DNA from: an uncultured Alphaproteobacteria bacterium | Lineage (GTDB): Bacteria > Pseudomonadota > Alphaproteobacteria > CAAHEQ01 > UBA3637 | Length of the DNA: 64,000 nt | Assembly (NCBI GenBank): GCA_944393195.1 | Contig: CALXZG010000001.1 | Coordinates: 143,091-207,090 of the forward strand | Direction: 5' to 3' | In this document: piece by piece, positions 60,336-64,000 of the stretch | Position numbering within the stretch: the first letter of the stretch is position 1 | How the letters are laid out: every line of letters starts with the position of its first letter | Translations under genes and position numbers: made by a program | Notes under the pieces: generated by a model | Databases searched by the model: none | The model's input: the letters and a program-made list of their open reading frames with translations, nothing else | What the model was told of the DNA's origin: nothing

Positions 60336-61079
60336 TTATTCCGTATAGTAATCAAATACAACACCATCCCAATCGGTATGTGTTGCACCGGGAATAACTT
60401 TTACCGTCGCCGATCGCGGATTCTTTAACCGAGCCACAAACCGTTCGGCCATTCGCCGCGTTGTTTCGGTATCTCGACCGCCGACATAGTGAATCTGTTC
60501 CACCCGAGATAAAGCATCTTTTAAATCTCCCGGATTAAGCCCATTAATCGGCCCTGCGCTTTGTTCGGCCGCATAAACCGCCGTATCCAAAATACCGCCA
60601 ATCGTAATGACACGCGCAACCGGCATTTTGGTTGCTAATATTAAAGCCATCGTTCCCCCTCCGTCATATCCGATTAATTCCAAAGAAGGCGTTCTGTATT
60701 TAATCGCCAAATATTCAACCAACTCTTTCATTTCATTGACAATTTCTTCATGAAACCGTTCGGATCCCCACACGGCCGGATTGGCACATTCCCGATTGCG
60801 AATATATTGACACGGACGGGATACATAAATAACATTTTGTGACGGATCCCGTTCCGCCAACTCTAACCCGATTGCCCGACGCGGTGTCGGGTTTCCGTCA
60901 CCTTCAATGTAAATGCGTAAAGGCTTTCCGGCGACAATATCTTTTTCCCATACGGCAAAAGAAAAATATTCCGTTTCTATCGTTTTTTCGGTAAATCCCG
61001 GAGGTGTTGCCGGCTTGCCCGCCGCACATCCGACCACAATCAACCCCATACAAACCAAAGAAACAAATCGCCCCATCAT
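60336..61079 (-). CDS. Putative lipoprotein with alpha/beta-hydrolase-like fold
   Basis: Lipobox IVVGC after a signal peptide (MMGRFVSLVCMGLIVVGCAAG). Start chosen at Met13/14 of the ORF-track frame, overlapping the addA stop. Confidence 0.45.
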   Translation of the reverse strand: MMGRFVSLVCMGLIVVGCAAGKPATPPGFTEKTIETEYFSFAVWEKDIVAGKPLRIYIEGDGNPTPRRAIGLELAERDPSQNVIYVSRPCQYIRNRECANPAVWGSERFHEEIVNEMKELVEYLAIKYRTPSLELIGYDGGGTMALILATKMPVARVITIGGILDTAVYAAEQSAGPINGLNPGDLKDALSRVEQIHYVGGRDTETTRRMAERFVARLKNPRSATVKVIPGATHTDWDGVVFDYYTE

Positions 61080-64000
61080 TCCGTGATCTCCATTAAATCT
61101 AAATTTTCCGTCCATAATAAATACGTGCGCACCAGTTTATCAGGAAAAATATTTTTTATCAAGCCCCGATAAATCTCTAATTGCCGTCGATAGGCCATCG
61201 GCACGTCATCTGTTGTCCGCGGCACCCGTCGATTTGTTTTAAAATCAATAACCCATACTTCATTCGGTAACACCACAATCCGGTCGATTTGACCGGATAC
61301 CCCTTGATTTTCCCACACCCCGACAATCGGTACCTCGGCCAAAGATTTTTCCCCGAACAAAATCTGAAAATCCGGTCGGCGCAGTATTTCCCCAATTTCA
61401 TTTGGGACATCGATATCCGCCGGCTTTAACCGCCGAATTACATCATCCCATTTGTCAACCGGTACATCCGGTAAGTATTGTAACAATTGATGAATAAAGG
61501 CTCCGCGCCGCATTGCTTTTCCCTGATCCGCCGTTAACGGAGAATCCGTTTCAAATACCGTTTCTACGGCTCGTGACGGGGCTAACGGCCGCGGTGGCAA
61601 CGGCTCTGGCGCCGGCGCCGTCTTTGCCCACGCCGGTAAAATCACATCTGCCACAGTCCGCTCTTTAACCAACTTCGATGACACAATTCGCTTCTGTGTC
61701 GATTGAATACGGATAATCCCGTCCGCATCGGCCTGTTGGGGCAGGGAGGACACAATCAAATCATACCAATTTCCCGCCTGTGCTTTTGTTCTATTCTCAT
61801 ATCCGCAAATGTATAACCTGTCCCGCGCCCGCGTTAAGGCCACATACAACAACCGTCGACTTTCTTCATCATCCCGTTGATCTTGCGCGTCTATTAATGC
61901 TTCCGTTATCTGACTACGCAAGGCCTTCTTCGGTATCCAAAAAGGCAGTTGACCATTTAGCCATAAAAAATTCCCCCGTTGCCGCTTAACATATCGCGTT
62001 TGCGGCAGGAAAACAATATTTCCCTGCAATCCTTTTGATCCGTGTACCGTCATGATTCGAACGGCATTTAAACCGTTTTGCGCCATATCTCGCTTGATTT
62101 CAATATCCCGATCCCCGATCCAATCCGCAAATCGTTGCAAAGACGGTACTTCTTCTTTTTCAAAAGACAAAGCCAAATTTAAAAATTCATCCAAAGCCTC
62201 GTTTGCTTCTTCTCCCAATCGGGCGATAAAGGCCTGTCTTCCCCCCATTGGTCCTAAAATCATAGCGAAAAATTCATATGGTGGCACCTTGTCCGATTGC
62301 GTTAGCAACGGTCGCAATTTGTCTGCCGCCGCCGGAAACAAAGTCTGAACCCGATCCCATAAAGAAGCCTTTTCCCGCCCGTAAGCCGCCTGAAACAACT
62401 CTTCTTCCCCCATCTTAACCAAAGGACTTTTAAGCAAACAGGCTAAATTCAAATCATCTTCCGGCAATAAAGCAAACCGCGCTGCCGCCATTAAATCCTG
62501 CGCAACGATATGGGCGCTTAACGGCAACCTGTCCACACCGGCCACCGGGACACCGCGTTCTTTTAATAACCGAACCAATTCACCGACCAAAGCATTCCGG
62601 CGTTGAACCAAGATTAAAAAATCCCCCGCTTCGACGGGACGCCCTGCCGACGGTAATTCCTCCCGCCGCCGAATCATATCCGCAATTTTATCCGCCGTCC
62701 GTTCCGCCAACCGGCGCATTGCCGACGATTTTTCAACCCGCTCAACCGGTGGTTTCCAAGGCTGCACCGCATCTTCCTTTTCCGCTGTTTCCAACGGCCA
62801 TATTTCAACAAGACCCGCGTCTTCACTCCGGTGCGCAATATGAACGGCTTCTTCCCCTCTTTCCAATACACCAACCCGTGCTGCCGGATTGGCCAACACA
62901 CGATTGACAACTTCTAAAACCGCCCTCGTTGACCGAAAAGAACGATTTAACGGTACAACCTCAAAATCATTTTCCGAGCCACGAATCCGTTCTTCAAAAT
63001 AACAACGCATCCGCTCAAACTCTTTCGGATCCGCCCCTTGAAAACTGTAAATAGATTGTTTTTTATCCCCGACGGCAAAGATAGTCCGAATGGTATCGTG
63101 ATGATCCTCTCCCGCAAAAAACTCCTCGGCCAATAATCGAATAATTTCCCATTGATCCGGATTCGTATCCTGCGCTTCATCCACCAATATATGATCGATT
63201 CCGCCGTCAAGCTTGAACAAAACCCACGCCGCCGCCCCCGATTCGGCTAAAAGCGCGCGCGTCTTATCAATTAAATCGTCATAATCCAGCACACCCAAAG
63301 CCGCTTTTTGGGATTGATAAGCCGTCATAATTGCAAATGTTAAATGCAATAAGGCCTCTGTTAGCTGAACCGCCTGAAAATTCCGAACCCGTTCGTGCAC
63401 ATCCCATACCCGTAAAGCCGTTGCATCTTCTTTATAGGTACTTCGAATATGTGTTTCATCTTTCGTCAAATATGTTGTTTTTAAATCTGCCCACTCATTT
63501 TCATTAATTTCTTCTGAAATAATTTGTTTTTCAGATTGATATTTATCAATATTAAAGTATCTCTTTATCTCATGAACAACCGTTTTAAAACTGCCCTTGC
63601 CCAACAAAGCGGTTAATTTTCCCCGTTCTCCCAACAACTCCTGCAACAATTGAATTAACCGTTTTTCATCCGTATAGCGCGCCAATAAATTCAGGTCATC
63701 CCGATATGATTCCTGACAAAGCGTTTCTTGTAACGCAACCGATAAAATCGCCTGAGCCCCTTGTTCGTCCATCACTTCAAAATTCGGCGGAATATGCGCT
63801 TCAATCGGAAAACGTTGCAAGACGGATTGACAAAAGCTGTGAATCGTCATGATTTTCATACCGCCCGGCGCTTCCAACACCGCCGCAAATAACCGTCGCG
63901 CCCGTGTTAAAACAGATGCCTCCGGTATCTCTCCCGTCAACGTTTCGATTTCGGCGACCAATTCACTTTCCGAACAAATAGCCCACTTTTTTAACACATC
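61076..64000 (-). CDS. addA: Double-strand break repair helicase-nuclease AddA (UvrD-like helicase plus C-terminal PD-(D/E)xK nuclease), N-terminus beyond window end
   Basis: UvrD helicase motifs (TIHSFC, VDEAQDT, RSxRS, VMTVHGSKGLQ) and a C-terminal RecB-type nuclease motif (GQIDRIVVL...VIDFKTN). AddA versus RecB cannot be settled from this fragment. Confidence 0.8.
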   Translation of the reverse strand, partial: DVLKKWAICSESELVAEIETLTGEIPEASVLTRARRLFAAVLEAPGGMKIMTIHSFCQSVLQRFPIEAHIPPNFEVMDEQGAQAILSVALQETLCQESYRDDLNLLARYTDEKRLIQLLQELLGERGKLTALLGKGSFKTVVHEIKRYFNIDKYQSEKQIISEEINENEWADLKTTYLTKDETHIRSTYKEDATALRVWDVHERVRNFQAVQLTEALLHLTFAIMTAYQSQKAALGVLDYDDLIDKTRALLAESGAAAWVLFKLDGGIDHILVDEAQDTNPDQWEIIRLLAEEFFAGEDHHDTIRTIFAVGDKKQSIYSFQGADPKEFERMRCYFEERIRGSENDFEVVPLNRSFRSTRAVLEVVNRVLANPAARVGVLERGEEAVHIAHRSEDAGLVEIWPLETAEKEDAVQPWKPPVERVEKSSAMRRLAERTADKIADMIRRREELPSAGRPVEAGDFLILVQRRNALVGELVRLLKERGVPVAGVDRLPLSAHIVAQDLMAAARFALLPEDDLNLACLLKSPLVKMGEEELFQAAYGREKASLWDRVQTLFPAAADKLRPLLTQSDKVPPYEFFAMILGPMGGRQAFIARLGEEANEALDEFLNLALSFEKEEVPSLQRFADWIGDRDIEIKRDMAQNGLNAVRIMTVHGSKGLQGNIVFLPQTRYVKRQRGNFLWLNGQLPFWIPKKALRSQITEALIDAQDQRDDEESRRLLYVALTRARDRLYICGYENRTKAQAGNWYDLIVSSLPQQADADGIIRIQSTQKRIVSSKLVKERTVADVILPAWAKTAPAPEPLPPRPLAPSRAVETVFETDSPLTADQGKAMRRGAFIHQLLQYLPDVPVDKWDDVIRRLKPADIDVPNEIGEILRRPDFQILFGEKSLAEVPIVGVWENQGVSGQIDRIVVLPNEVWVIDFKTNRRVPRTTDDVPMAYRRQLEIYRGLIKNIFPDKLVRTYLLWTENLDLMEITE

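Overview
This 64-kb window reads as mostly core chromosome from an AT-leaning bacterium, roughly mid-40s % GC by eye (not computed). Gene content (AddA/RecB-family C-terminal nuclease helicase, VirD4/TraG-type coupling protein, ppdK, a heptose-LPS cluster) loosely suggests a host-associated proteobacterium, possibly alpha; I cannot name the organism. Gene density is high. The recognisable core blocks are: ppdK; a glgB-glgX-malQ glycogen operon coupled to an acyl-ACP thioesterase and hflX; a divergent metK; MATE and ABC-F genes; pip; NUDIX; an RND tripartite efflux operon; the ADP-heptose pathway (hldE-gmhA-gmhB-hldD plus a GT9 heptosyltransferase); hisS; rplY-pth-ychF; hemerythrin; an SPFH/NfeD pair; rpoD-dnaG-yqeY; rodZ-like; prfA-prmC; two tandem GNATs; mutL; pgi; lspA; and addA (partial). 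There is one tRNA-Pro(GGG). I found no rRNA, CRISPR array, IS element or integrase. The most interesting content is accessory. Three proteins have type IV pilin-like N-termini (short leader ending in Gly, Glu at +5, Gly at +14, but an unusual Arg at +1 in two of them). Two of these are fused to eukaryote-like Cys-rich extracellular modules (EGF-like and furin-like CxxC repeats). One is a 1032-aa protein sitting alone on a 3.6-kb islet directly after the tRNA-Pro, bounded by 41-bp direct repeats. A second smaller copy is split by an in-frame TAA and is preceded by a tandem ~62-bp repeat that carries TATAAT boxes and an ATTCCC-N8-GGGAAT hairpin. A third pilin-like gene at the window start is co-oriented downstream of a LamG-domain membrane protein. 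A stand-alone A24-family prepilin peptidase at 48.1 kb is the only candidate processing enzyme. A pentapeptide-repeat protein followed by an orphan VirD4/TraG coupling protein is a second accessory module.
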